Positions 42,564 to 59,250 of a DNA stretch of 64,000 nt are shown piece after piece. Positions within the stretch are counted from its first letter, which is position 1, and each line of letters begins with the position of its first letter. Made by a program: the position numbers and the translations under genes. Under the pieces are notes generated by a model, which saw nothing but the letters and a program-made list of their open reading frames with translations, made no database searches and was not told the DNA's origin. Source of the stretch: Octopus vulgaris (Eukaryota). Location: contig OX597817.1 in assembly GCA_951406725.2 (NCBI GenBank), forward strand, positions 31,868,001 through 31,932,000. Direction: 5' to 3'.

Positions 42564-42800
42564 TTATTGAATTTATTCACAGATACGGTTGTACATTTGG
42601 CAAATGTGTCTGAAAGTTGTGGTTTCTTTGGCATGCTTGTTCCCAAACAACACATATTTTAGTGCTGTTTGGATTGAACTGTACTGCCCAGGTGTCGAAA
42701 CCATAATGATATTAGTGGGGCGGCTGATGATGGAGGTATGTTGGATTGTTGGTATGGTTGTTTTTGTATATGTGAAATAGTATTATAACACATCATTTTG

Positions 42801-42846
<46 letters not shown>

Positions 42847-42870
42847 GTATATATATATATGTGTGTGTGT

Positions 42871-43186
42871 GTGGTTAGACCGTCGAGCTTACGATCTTGT
42901 GGTTATGAGTTCGATTCCCAGACCGGGCTGCGTGTTGTTTTCTTGAGCAAGACACTTTATTTCACGTTGCTCCATTTACCTCAGCTGTAGAAATGAGTTG
43001 CGACACCACTGGTGCCAAGCTGTATCGGCCTTTGCCTTTCCCTTGGAATATATTGTTGACACGGAGAGGGGAGGCTGGTATGCATAGGCGACTGCTGGCC
43101 TTCCACAAACAATATTGCCCTGACTTGTGCCTGGGAGGGTAACTTTCTAGGTGCAATCCCATGGTCATTCATGACCGAAGGGGGTC
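42871..43186 (+). mobile_element. SINE family 4
   Basis: GTGGTTAGA...GAGTTCGATTCCC...TTCTTGAGCAAGACACTTTATTTCACG; homologous to 16495-16810. Confidence 0.8.
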
Positions 43187-44017
43187 TTCTCCTCATATAT
43201 GAATGTAAGAATGCACATATATATATACGTGTGGGCATGTATTTGTGTTTGTCTCTGCACCAATATTTGACAACCAGTGTTGGTTTGTCTATGTCAAACC
43301 TGTAACTTAGCGGTTCAGCCAGAGAACTTATAGAATGAGAACCAGGCTTTAAAAATAAAGTAATGGAGCCGATTCGCGTGTATATGTGTGTATGTGTGTG
43401 CGTATGTGTGTGCGCGCGTGTGTGTGGTTTATCTTAAAATATTGATGACACGTCTCAATTGGCAATTTCGTGAAAAATTACTCAATTTTACTGTTTTATC
43501 TTCCACCCTACATACACGAGCATGCGCACACACTCTCTTGTCTAAATGAATATCTTAAGGAAAGCTAATATTTATAGCCATAAGATTAACGTTTCAAGGC
43601 GTTCTCGACTCCAGCTTCGGATTGAAATGATGAAAGTGAAACATTATTGAGGGGATTCGTAGGAGCTCAAATATTACGTAACAGATTATGACGTAACAGA
43701 TGAAACGCTTATCGCTAAAAGTAAAGAAAATATTGAGCATTTAACATAAGATTTCACTCATAATGTGTTTATAGTGACATTTGGGTTGCGTTTAGGTCTG
43801 GGTTTGCTACTAATAAAGATTTGCTAAATCAATATAGAAATACTATTTTACGTAATCTATAAAGGATGCTGTATCTATAAAGTAACGTTTTCCTTTCTTT
43901 TTACTGACTTTGTTGTGTTTTCCATATTATAAAGTGCTCTAAAGGCCCTTGCTATAAATATAAACATATATCTATATCGATATCTACGTCTATCAATCTA
44001 CCTACATACACACAGAC

Positions 44018-44084
<67 letters not shown>

Positions 44085-44176
44085 CTGTATACACACGCGT
44101 CGCACACACACATATATACTTACAGATATGCATCCACCGATATATACAGTATATATATAAATATATATATACATAC

Positions 44177-44240
<64 letters not shown>

Positions 44241-44273
44241 ATGTATGGAAATATACACACTCGTATATATATA

Positions 44274-44320
<47 letters not shown>

Positions 44321-44717
44321 ATACATGCGCATGCGTGTGTACACACACACTTACTGTGGTATATACCTTTGTTGTGTAGTATTGATATGTTATGTACATG
44401 TATGTACGTGTATATATATATATAATGTAATACGCATATCATTTATGGTTATATGAGATATATTCATATATCTTATTGTTAGATATGAAATTTTGTTATA
44501 CAACAACCACATCATATTCTGAGTATAACAAATACTAAATGTGGCATAAAAACAATACCTAAACAGATACCTCCCCCCACACACAAACACACATATTTAT
44601 GTGTGTGTATATGTATATACACATATACACACACATATATGTATATACACTTACACATACACATATATATATATGTATATATAGATATACTTATATTTCG
44701 CTCAGAGATTTTATATA

Positions 44718-44785
<68 letters not shown>

Positions 44786-44811
44786 CATATATATATATAT
44801 ATATACATATG

Positions 44812-44858
<47 letters not shown>

Positions 44859-44877
44859 ATATATATATATATATGTG

Positions 44878-45366
<489 letters not shown>

Positions 45367-45370
45367 TATA

Positions 45371-45406
<36 letters not shown>

Positions 45407-45538
45407 TGTATATATGTATGTATGTATGTATGTATTTATATATGTATTCGAATTGGTTAATGGGCATGAAACGATCGTAGTGGTTTTACTCTTTATCTTA
45501 TATTAAACTTTCAATACTTATTGATAGTTATATAATTT

Positions 45539-45571
<33 letters not shown>

Positions 45572-46824
45572 AATATATATATATATATATATTTATAAGT
45601 TTAAATCATATAATTGAAATTTATAAGTTTAAATCATTAATTGAAATAATTTTTAAAATCTTAACTTTAACTTAAATATTTTAATTTGGAATTTTATATT
45701 TTATTTTTTATATATTTTATTAATTAATTTTATTTCTATGTATTGGCTTATTATTTTCACTATTTGATTACCCTAATAGTGGTTTTATCTCTAATTTAAT
45801 ATTATATATATATATATATATATGTATATAGATATATATATCTATATAGATAGATAGATATATATATGTGTGTGTGTATGTAATAATCTCCTATGTTTCA
45901 CCTGTTTCACTAATTAGACTCCTGCCATGCTGGGGTACATATAAAACATACGTGTACATTCCTGGCGTTGCATTTGCCTGGTCGATGTAACAAATTTCAC
46001 CTGATTCAAATCTCAGCTGGTGATGCTGGATTACGTATTATAAGGTAATTTTCTAGTAATGTGTTAATAAAATTTCACCGAAACTGTTGTAAATTTTTCA
46101 ATCGAATTGTTTTTGCGATACACATACATACACATATATTTATATATTTATACATATAAACACACACATATATACATACATACATACGTTTGTGTGTTCC
46201 TGTCTGTGTGTGTGTCTTTGCGTGCATCTATATATGTATATAATTGATATTTATATTCATATATGTATGTATTGTAGGTTATGTATGTATTGTGTAAATA
46301 TACGTTAAATTTACGTTAGGTTTGTATTTTATTTATTTTTATACGCAATAAAACTGAAAATGAATTATATGTATTCGTATCGCAGCATTTTAATGAAAGG
46401 TACATTAATTAAGCAATATGGACATTACTTATCAGCAAAACCTGTCAAATAAATATTTAAATCATGTATGCTTGTATGTACATGTATATATATATAACAT
46501 ATATATATGATAATAAATAATAAATTCCAAACATGCATGCATGCATGCATGCATACATAAATATATGTATATATATGTATGTATGTATATATATATATCA
46601 ATAATAAAAGGGTAATATTAATTAATTATTAATTAATTTTACCAAGTAGTGTTCAGTATGTAAAAATACCATTTACGGTATATTTAAAACATTAAAAATC
46701 TTAGCTGTTTCTTCCAGAAGAAATAGCTAAGATTTTTTGGCTGCTATTTCTAAACGTTCGGTGTGTGGTAAAGTAAATTATTTTACTGAACCCTAATTAT
46801 ATAACGTAATGTTTTAAATATACC

Positions 46825-46899
<75 letters not shown>

Positions 46900-46945
46900 T
46901 AGATATAGATATAGACATCTATATATACATATATATATATACATC

Positions 46946-46992
<47 letters not shown>

Positions 46993-47034
46993 ATTTATAT
47001 ATATATATATATGTATGTGTGTATGTATATCTAT

Positions 47035-47097
<63 letters not shown>

Positions 47098-47190
47098 TAG
47101 ATATAGATACAGGTATAGATATACATATACACGCACACACACACACACACACACATATGTATAAGTAGATAGACATAGAAATATATATAA

Positions 47191-47249
<59 letters not shown>

Positions 47250-47648
47250 TGTATGTATGTATGTATGTATGTACGTACGTATGCATACCTATAAATATAT
47301 ATTATATATATACATAAATATATGCGTTTGAATATGTTTATAGCCATCACACACATATATTGATATTAAATTATATAGGAATATAGGCAAATATACGTGT
47401 GTGTGTGTTTGTATGCACACAGAAGCATATAAATTGCATGTATGTATGAATACATACACATACGCATGCACAAAATTCAGACATACATGTAACGAATGCA
47501 ATAAAGCACTGTAACGCATTTCGCTCCATAACACAGTGTAAAATTATAAAATTTGTATTATCGGTATGGAACGCTTCTCAACTCCTTTTGATTGCGCAAT
47601 TCTTTTATACACACACATATACATACATACATACATCATACATACATG

Positions 47649-47711
<63 letters not shown>

Positions 47712-47733
47712 ATGTATGTCGGTATATATATGT

Positions 47734-47776
<43 letters not shown>

Positions 47777-47789
47777 GGCATGTTTATTT

Positions 47790-48005
47790 ATGTGTGTGTC
47801 TTTTTGTCCGTTCCCCACCCTCACACCCGCTTGACAACCGGTGTTGGTGTATTTGCATCCCCATAATCTAGCAGTTCAGCAAAAAGGTCAGATGGAATAA
47901 GTACCAGGCTTAATGAAAGTAGTATCGGGGTCGATTCATTCGACTAAAAAATTCAAGACGGTGCCCCAGCATGGCCGCAGTCTAATGACTGAAACAAGTA
48001 AAGGA
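47790..48005 (+). mobile_element. SINE family 1, 3' half
   Basis: GCTTGACAACCGGTGTTGGTG...GGTGCCCCAGCATGGCCGCAGTCTAATGACTGAAACAAGTAAA. Confidence 0.8.
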
Positions 48006-48071
48006 GATTAAAGAGATGTTTGTGTGTGTGTGTGTGTGTGTGTACATACATACATATATACATATATATGC

Positions 48072-48111
<40 letters not shown>

Positions 48112-48115
<4 letters not shown>

Positions 48116-48307
48116 CGTTGGCGATTTTTTTCCTCTGTCTTCCCTTCTCTGGATCTTTCCTTCTCCTATGTTTCCGACGAAGAGCTCCGCTCGAAACGTT
48201 AAGCCCTCCTTCTTTCGTTCTTTCCTGAGCGTCCAATAATACTATATTTGTTCTACGTCCTCGCGTTGTTGTGTTTTCTCTTTGTGTTTTCATGTTTGGA
48301 TTAACTT

Positions 48308-48308
<1 letters not shown>
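48112..48308 (+). mobile_element. Penelope-like terminal-repeat fragment (family B) with hammerhead motif at 48170-48204
   Basis: GTTT CCGACGA A GAGC-TCC-GCTC GAAA CG TT AAGC; flanked both sides by (TA)n. Confidence 0.65.
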
Positions 48309-48364
<56 letters not shown>

Positions 48365-49317
48365 TTGTCTGTATGTGTATACATGTACAGTTATGCACGT
48401 GCGTATATTTATATATATATGTGTGACTGTGTGTATGTCTTCGTGTTGGTCACCATATTTTAACCTGTGTCGGTTTGTTTATAACCTAGTGTAAACTGGA
48501 GGCTCGGCAATAAGAGACCATTAGATTATATAGATTATTAGAAGTTAATTCTCCGGTTGATTTAGACGAGTGAGCACAAGAAACTACAGCATGGCCGTAG
48601 TCCAATGACTGAAAGACAGAAATTAATATAGAAATGAAGTATAAGCGTGAAGATGTGTGTTTGTTATGTAATTTTTATATATTGTGGTCTTTACTTTTTA
48701 TCCCTCGTGTTTATTGTAGAAGGAAACATGCAGTATATCAAAGACATGTGTGTGTATGTGCATGCGCGCGCGCATGTGTGTATAGAAAGAGAGAGAGATT
48801 CTTTATTCCTTTATGCGTTTCAGCCCATCGCTTCTGGCCTTGCTGGGGCACCGCCAGTATCATCAAATTTTCAAGGATCATATGTATACATACATACATG
48901 CATGCATACATACATACATACATACATACATACATACATACATACATGCATACATACATACATACATACATACATACATACATACATACATACATACATG
49001 TATGCATATATACATATATACATACATACATGCATACATACGTACATACATACGTACATACATACAAACATACATACATACATACACGTACATACATATA
49101 TATAAAATTATAATTTAGGGTAGCTTAGAGATACCTTCACGCTAGAAATAGCAGCCAAAACTTGGAGGTATCTCTTAGATAGCCTAAATTATAATTTTAA
49201 TAATAATTATTACCTTTGAAGGTTTTTATTCCCATGCTGGCCACTTGATGAGATCGATAATTAAATTAACGATCTTATCCTTATTCATATATGTGTGTGT
49301 GTGTGTGTGTATCTATG

Positions 49318-49372
<55 letters not shown>

Positions 49373-49604
49373 CTGTACGTGTATGTGTGTGTGAACATAC
49401 GTAAAAATTAGAAGCATAAAACTTATGCATATATACATGTATACATGCGAATTCATTCATAAATATATGAATATATATGAACATATGTATTCATACGTAT
49501 ATATGTATTATGTATGTATATATATTTATATATATAGGGATAAACACACACATATATATAGGAATATATATACACATATATGTATTGATTTATGTATGTA
49601 TGTA

Positions 49605-49657
<53 letters not shown>

Positions 49658-50809
49658 ATTCGTATGCACACATAAATGCGTACTCACAGACATTCAGCCG
49701 GAAACAGAATGACAGAAACCGTGAAGAGAGTTATAGAACGTGTTACAAACACTTTTTATTTGTCTTTATTTTCACTTAACACCACGATATTTCAAAGAAT
49801 TACGTGTGTATGTATATCGAAATTTAGAAGCAATTACAAAATATTTAATTACGAATTAATAGAAATACTTAGAGACGTACATAGAATTCGGGATTAAAAA
49901 AGCAGTAAATTCTGTGAATATATTTGATAATTTTCTTTTTTACTTATCACTATTTATATTAATTTTATAATTCATTTCTAAAAATTTTTTTTAAAATCCA
50001 ACAAATGTAGGATTATTTCGTATGTAAGATATTGTATAACCGTGATAATATTTATGACTATATCATTTAAACTTGCTAATAGATATTAGTAATATATTGT
50101 TTTTATTAATACTAATAGAAATATACTATTTGTTAATTAACATATCCTCTAACGCAATATTAATTCTTCAACACATTCAGGTATAAAATAAAATTAACTC
50201 CTTCTAACATTACAGCAAAGTCAAAACTGTTGTACTAACTGGACCTTATTTGAATAGTAAATATTTTAGTGAAAGTTGGAATCGATACAAATGAATCCAA
50301 ACTAAGGCAGTCATGGCGAATAACAAAATGCTAAAATGCTTTTAATTTTAAGTTCATCGTTCTCCGGACGTTCTGGCATCCACTGCCTTAATAACAACGA
50401 TATCTTTTTTTATTTCTATAACAGAATGAGCGGCACAAAGTTTGGGATAGTCACATCGCCGATGATGTTGTCTGAAGTATATATTTTCATATATGCTTAA
50501 CAGATTTTAGAATGTTAGGGGTTATGACGACCTCGCTTGGATTTTAAATCAGAAATTAAAGGGTGGCGAACTAACATTATATAAATACATACAAATCTTG
50601 ATTTTAATTTATAATATAGTAATTACATATGGGCATGTAAGTACACATACAAGCATATTTAGATGGGATTATTGTTGTTGCTTAACAAACATATTTAGAA
50701 GTTTATATGTATACATGCGTACTAAAACGGATACAAGTTAATATATATATATACATAAGTATTACATATATAGATATTCAACTAATGTATATATATGTAT
50801 ATATATATG

Positions 50810-50891
<82 letters not shown>

Positions 50892-51111
50892 AAGGGTGAA
50901 ATATAATTGAGTTAATAAAATTAATAAATTTCACCTAGTAGTTTTATCGGTATGGAAAACACCATATTTGGTAAGGATTATATTAATTATAATAAAGGGT
51001 TAATTGCAACAAGTTGCTCATAACCACATATCAAAAATATTAGGAATGGCAGCCAAATAGGTCACCATTTCTCCTACTAGTAAAAATGTCTCCACAAACA
51101 ACCAGAATTTG

Positions 51112-51155
<44 letters not shown>

Positions 51156-51166
51156 TATATATACAC

Positions 51167-51200
<34 letters not shown>

Positions 51201-51425
51201 ATACATGGCTTTATAAGTATCTATGAATTTTATATTTATATATACATACACATATTTATTTACATACATCATGGATATATAGACACGCATATATGTATCT
51301 AGGCACTTGCATGTGTGCGTATAAACAACTAAAAACTCGTGTGCATATATATGTGTATGTGTATCTATTTCTCTCTCTGTGTCTGTCTGTCTACCTATCT
51401 ATCTCAATCTATCTATCTATCTATA

Positions 51426-51475
<50 letters not shown>

Positions 51476-51780
51476 AACTGGTAACTGATGATGTTCAAAT
51501 TTATCGTCAAAAATAAAATTCTACTGGTAATGCCTACACGAATCACCTTGGGCCTACATACTATAAAAGGCTACAATATACTTGAACATCATGTCATCTT
51601 GGACATAAGATTATTCAGATCGGGAAATCTGGAATTTAGAAAATACTTAATGTTGCGAATAAACTGCAATGAACCCATACAAAAAAATGGAAATACTTTG
51701 GGGTAAAAAGATTAAAAAAAAATAGACGTTATGTTTTTCACACACACATACTTATTCACCCACGCATATATGCACGTGCA

Positions 51781-51837
<57 letters not shown>

Positions 51838-51979
51838 CTATGTATGTATGTATGTATATATGTATGTATGTATGTATATATATATATGAACATACACACA
51901 TATATACACACACATACACACACACATATATATATATGAATGAACATACACACATATATACACACATATATACACACAC

Positions 51980-52011
<32 letters not shown>

Positions 52012-52104
52012 GAATGAACATACACACATATATACACACACATACATATATGTATATATATGTATATATGTGTGTGTGTGCGCGCACGTGTGTATATGCA
52101 TGTA

Positions 52105-52152
<48 letters not shown>

Positions 52153-52212
52153 TGTATGTGTGTCTACGTGCATATCTGGGTGTTTGTGTCTGTATGTATT
52201 TATGCCTATGTA

Positions 52213-52462
52213 CAGGCTGAGCCAAAAGTAGCTATAAACTTTGAAATCTTTTCATTTTATTACTTCCACACTCATTTATTACAGTTACATTTATTAAACA
52301 TAGTTTAATCTCGTAAATGGTGGTCGAAATGTCCTCCTTCAACATGGGAATATTCCTCAAACGTCCCAGAACACTGTAACACACAGCACATTGTTCACGG
52401 TACCTGAAAAAAAAACAAATAAGTTAATTTAAAAAGTGTTTACCTACTTTTGGCCCACCCTG
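52213..52462. mobile_element. Tc1/mariner-type MITE (250 bp) with TA target duplication
   Basis: TA|CAGGCTGAGCCAAAAGTAG ... CTACTTTTGGCCCACCCTG|TA; internal minus-strand remnant VEGGHFDHHL resembles the GGHFE C-terminus of Tc1/mariner transposases. Confidence 0.8.
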
Positions 52463-52546
52463 TATATATCTAGTAAAAAATAAAAATATCAATGTCTATA
52501 TCTATATATATATATACATACATGTATAATAATCATACACACATAA

Positions 52547-52587
<41 letters not shown>

Positions 52588-52604
52588 CATATATATGATA
52601 TATG

Positions 52605-52657
<53 letters not shown>

Positions 52658-52676
52658 CTATCTATCTATCTATCTA

Positions 52677-52806
<130 letters not shown>

Positions 52807-52807
52807 C

Positions 52808-53210
52808 AGCAATACGGCACAATCATTTCACCATAATTGAACCCGCTCTCTTTAACATTACACCAAAACACATTACAACAGAAACAGACCCCATAAAGTT
52901 CGAGACGTTTTTGGACAAATTTCTTCAAGAAATCCCCGATAAACCTCCTACACCTGGATATGTCTCTGTAAACAATAACTCTCTACTTGAGTGGACCATG
53001 GTGTCTGAATCCTGATTTAAATGACTTCGCCAGGTGGTGCTATAAGATAGGCTTGGCCTGGGCCAATACTGGCTGAAACCTATCGAAGCATCAAGGTATC
53101 ACGTCTAACTTTATAGCACCACCTGGAGATGTCATTGAAATCAGAATTCGGACACCATGGTCCAGTGAAGTAGGGAGTTATTGTTTACAGAGTCATACCC
53201 TTGTGTAGGA
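52808..53210. mobile_element. Tail-to-tail pair of CR1-like 3' ends (+ 52808-53100, - 53104-53210)
   Basis: Same sequences and junction as 37630-38020. Confidence 0.85.
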
Positions 53211-53217
53211 TATGCAT

Positions 53218-53572
<355 letters not shown>

Positions 53573-54407
53573 ACTTATATAGCATTTGTTAAAACTGGTC
53601 CCTCTCATGTCTTCTTCATTATACATCAGTGACAAGTTATGACCCTAATAAATTTTTTCCTGGGGTTTTACAATCTTCTAGGCTGAAGTGAAAACTGCAG
53701 GGTTTTTCTCTGTCCTCTGACCCTCTTAAAGGATTTAAATGAAATTATACAAATATGTCCGACTGATTAAATAACATCTTTTTATTTATTTATGCAGCTG
53801 AGGATAGCCCTGCGCTATATATATGTTCTTCACTTCTTCACAGATTTATTATTGTTTATTATTTTATGTCCTTTGTGTGGTAATCTTTCGTCACACATCC
53901 TGTGACCTTTTCAGACACTCTACATCTCACGTATCTCCTCCCGTTCTGTTTAGTACATTCTTTCTACCAATGTTAAATATTTATTGAAAAGAAAATGAGG
54001 GAAGGTTTGATTGAGCAGAATAGGACAAAATATATATGTTAATTGATTAACTATCTTAATGATGTGGTTTCTATCCTCACCCCGCCCTAAACCTTTCCTT
54101 CCCACGATGCCTATAAAATATATACTGGGAATTAACACAATCGATTATGTTTTAGATACCAGTGCGTGCCCTTGACATTGCGACTCTTAAATGACTGAAA
54201 TTCTTTAAAAGGATATACGCTTATGTACATGTGTGTATGTGTTAGTGTGTCCATGTATCTATATATGTGTCCGTGTTCGGTTAAATAGATGTTATCATTT
54301 TGCTTTAAATGATGTGTGCTACCGACTTGTAGTTATCAGGGAATCCCTGTTGTTAGAAAATGCAAATCAATTTCAATTTTTCTTAAAATACATACTTACA
54401 TACATAT

Positions 54408-54462
<55 letters not shown>

Positions 54463-54481
54463 AATGCAAGTGTACAACACA

Positions 54482-54549
<68 letters not shown>

Positions 54550-54655
54550 GTATGTATGTATGTATAGTGGTTAGTCATATTGAGATGGCAAATATACCTC
54601 ACATTGTCGTGCAGTTATTGTTTATACCTTGTTCAGATATATATATATAAACATA

Positions 54656-54751
<96 letters not shown>

Positions 54752-54870
54752 ATATATATTATATACGTATCATATATATATATGCATGTATGTATATATA
54801 TTCTTTTACTCTTTTACTTGTTTCAGTCATTTGGCTGCGGCCATGCTTGCACACCGTAAGGTGTGTGTGT

Positions 54871-54927
<57 letters not shown>

Positions 54928-55589
54928 CAAGAGTTAGGCATTGCGAGACTGATAGCCCGGTATAGTACTCAATAGACGTATGTTTCAGAACGAAGTGTTT
55001 GCTAGATATAGAGCGGTAATATATTTGTTTGTATGTATGTATGTATGTATGTATGTATGTATGTATGTATGTATGTATGTATGTATGTATGTATGTATGT
55101 ATGAATGTATGTATGTATATATGTATGTTTGTATGGATGGATGGATGGATGGATGGACGGATGGCTGGCTGGATGCATGCATGTATGTATGTATGTATGT
55201 ATGTATGTATGTATGTATGTATGTATGTATGGATACATCAATAAGAATGTGTATGCTGTCGAAGGTAAACTCTGTTGTACAGATTACGCTCGCCCAGCTT
55301 TCTTCACTCATGTATAATAATAATATATATACTGTATACAGGAAACTGATTAACTACTTTTAAGTAAACATCTCTCCATCACAGAAGTGTGAGTATTTGT
55401 GTGTGTGTGTGTACACGAAAACATATACGTGTGTGAATGCGCGCTTGCATGTGTGTGTAGAGAGAGATAGATTGATACATACATATACACAGAGAGATAC
55501 GTTCATGTATGTATACATACGTACATGTATATATACATATACATGAATATATGCATATCCATACAATATGTATTGTGTTGTACACTTGC

Positions 55590-55632
<43 letters not shown>

Positions 55633-55722
55633 TACATATATATATAGGCATATATATATGTATATACATATGTAATATATACATATATATATATATAAAA
55701 TCCTAAATTCGTAATAATATTA

Positions 55723-55864
55723 TCGGTTCGGCAAAAGAGACCGATCGAATAAGTACTGGGCTTACAAAGAATAAGTCCTGGGGTCGATTTGCTCGACTAA
55801 AGGCGGTGCTCCAGCATGGCCGCAGTCAAATGACTGAAACAAGTAAAAGAGTAAAGAGTAAAGA

Positions 55865-55866
<2 letters not shown>
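55723..55866 (+). mobile_element. SINE family 1, 3' end with (AAAGAGT)n tail
   Basis: CGGTTCGGCAAAAGAGACCGAT...GACTGAAACAAGTAAAAGAGTAAAGAGTAAAGAGT. Confidence 0.9.
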
Positions 55867-55911
<45 letters not shown>

Positions 55912-56696
55912 GGGAATATTATTCCAAACTTACAGGGAAAAAATTTTTCTATATGGTATAATTTAATTATATCATTGTTATTTCATTGTTGAATTGATAA
56001 AAGGTCGGTCCTTCTCTAATTGATATATATATATAGTTATATATATATACATATATATATGAATATATTTTGTTATATGCGAGAGCGGAAGAGAAGGGTG
56101 GGTAGTGACAATATTTTTATCTGGAGACAGGTGTTTCATTTTTAGAAAACAATACGGTATGTTACCTCTGGAAATAGGTAATTAAATTGAAGTTGTGACA
56201 TTTGCAGAATTATTAACATATTACACAATCTTGCCATAATCATACGCAAATGCATATTCACATTCTTTTGCATGCATACATACATACATGCATACATGCA
56301 TACATACATACATACATACATACATACATACATACATACATACATACATACACACACATACATACATGCATGCATGCATACATACATACATACATACATA
56401 CATACATACATACATACATACATACATACATGCATAAAACATACATACATGCATGCATAAAACATACATACATGCATGCATACATATATACATATGCATG
56501 TGTGTATGTATGTGGATATGTATATAAATATATACATGCAAAATATACGAGCAATATATATACATGCCTACATTTACAATAATCTATATACAGTATATAT
56601 GTGTGTGTATAGACAGATAGATATATAGATATACATAATATATACATATATATATATATATACATAAATACATTTACATATATATACATATATATG

Positions 56697-56736
<40 letters not shown>

Positions 56737-57559
56737 AATATATATATACGGACATACATAGGTATATACATACATAGTTTTAGGTAGATGAATACAAGTA
56801 TATATAAGTACATACACACACACATATATATATATATGTATATATGTATATATATGTATATAGATGTATGTATATATATATATATATATATAAATATATA
56901 TAATTATATATGCATTATATATATATATATATATATGGAATATATATATATACACACACATATATATATATAAGTACATGTGTATATGCAAAAATATGGA
57001 TTTATATTTATACATATAAGTATGTGTATGCTCACATATATAGTCACATATACACATATACATATATACATACACATGTGCATACATAGATTAATAAACC
57101 AGTTTATTCGCAGACGCATACTTTCATACGTCTGCATGGGCACATACTTGCACACAAACGCACGTATAGATCCACATACACACATATATATATATATGTA
57201 TACATCTACACACACCCGTACACACACACAGCCATGTTTTGCTATCATCTGTCTGCTACTTATTTATCTCTCCGCTCTGCTGTTGACAGTGAAATTCCTG
57301 CTGATGTAGGCTGGCTTGTTTAGAAAACAGTTTTGCCTTTGCTAATATAGAGAAGTCGAGATTTGATGTCAATAGACACACGCCTTTAGAAGTCACATGT
57401 TAATTCCAGCAAAAACATTTATGCTAGAAAGAGTTGCATGTATTTTCTACTCTTAACCCTTTTGATTTTAAAAACTGTATATGTTTGTTGTTTACTAAAA
57501 CATCATATTTTTTATTTAGTCTTAAATGTAAATAAAAGGGACCTCAATATTCATAGAGG

Positions 57560-57593
<34 letters not shown>

Positions 57594-57750
57594 CAAAAAC
57601 ATATTCCTTCTGTTTTGCATATATATATATATATACAGTATATATATATTGGTAAAACGGTAAGATAACAAAAGAAAGAAAGAGACCTCAATATTATGTA
57701 AATAGAGGAAATTTATCTATAAAATAATATGTTACATTACTCGATAGTCA

Positions 57751-57890
57751 AGATAAAACTCTGAGTTTCAGATGCCGAAGTGAGAATCCTCAACGCCATC
57801 TCTTCGGTTATCTGCTTATCTGGAAATAGCCAGATAACCGAAGAGATGGCGTTGTGGATTCCCACTTCGGCATCTGAAACTCAGAGTTTC

Positions 57891-57892
<2 letters not shown>
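57751..57892. ncRNA. Head-to-head pair of hammerhead-like motifs (family D): minus 57751-57813, plus 57832-57892
   Basis: AGATAA CCGAAGA GATG...CATC T GAAA CTCAGAG TT TTATCT on the minus strand (6-bp helix I); the plus copy is truncated into (TA)n. Confidence 0.6.
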
Positions 57893-57944
<52 letters not shown>

Positions 57945-58142
57945 GCATACACACATGCATGCATACAGATATATAAGTATTTTATGTTTAAATATAAATG
58001 AATATTTACATGAATAAACAACTTCTATTTGTATATGCACCCATTTATGTCTTCACACACATGGTACATGTGTATATACTTATCAATCTACATAAGTATA
58101 TTAACTTATAATTGCATATAAAATTATATATCTGACCACCCA

Positions 58143-58189
<47 letters not shown>

Positions 58190-58294
58190 GTGTATACATT
58201 GGGTGTGTATGTTGTTAGTTATAGTATATTTTTGCTTAAAATTAAATAAATGTGACTTCTGTATTCATAAATGTTTGCTTATATATATGTATGA

Positions 58295-58354
<60 letters not shown>

Positions 58355-58530
58355 GTATGTATATACATACATATATATGTATAGATATACCTATATATGT
58401 ATATATATATATATACATATAAACATATATATATTTATACATTTATATATGTGTGTGTATGTATGTATACGCATACACACATATTGCATATTTACGCGAA
58501 AAAATAACCTTTGTATGTGTTTATTTTGTA

Positions 58531-58569
<39 letters not shown>

Positions 58570-58861
58570 GCACACTTTCCCTCTTTGATACCCAGGCATA
58601 TATAACCATATGTCTAAAGAAATATATATGTGAATATATGCATGTATATTTGTGTACAGGTTAATATAATTTTGCATACATATAAAGACAAGCACATACG
58701 CACATACACACACACAAACATAAGCACAATCACATACACACAAAACATACACATGTATATTCTAAAAGTCACTTAATTTTTATGAATTACATATATATAT
58801 ATATATACACACATACATTCATTCATTCATTCATACATACATACATACATACATACATACA

Positions 58862-59014
58862 CGTGGGTGTATGGTAAGAAGCTTGCTTTCCAACCACATG
58901 ATCACGAGTTCATTCCCATTGCGTTGCACCTTGGGCAAGTGTCTTCTATTATAGCCACTGGCCGACCAAAGCCTTGTCAGTTTATTTTGCTGACGGAAGC
59001 TGAAGAAAGCTCGT

Positions 59015-59064
<50 letters not shown>

Positions 59065-59250
59065 TATTTGGTCCCTACCACTGCTTGACATCCGGTGCTG
59101 GTTTGTTGTAAGGCCCCGTAACTAGCGGTTCGGCAAAAGAACCGATAGAATAAGTACCAGACTTTATAATATACTGGCATCGATTGATTTGACTAAAAGC
59201 TCTTAAAGGTAGTACCATAGCATGGCCGGTGTCTAATGACTATAAGAGGT
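58862..59250 (+). mobile_element. SINE family 1, diverged full-length copy
   Basis: GTGGGTGTATGGTAAGAAGCTTGC...CTTGGGCAAGTGTCTTC...(TG)n...GCGGTTCGGCAAAAG...GCATGGCC. Confidence 0.85.

Noticed and set aside
47505-47585. Minus-strand GTTCCATA...TATGGAGC GAAA TGCG TTA fold
   Set aside because: CUGANGA box not recognisable; too decayed to call.
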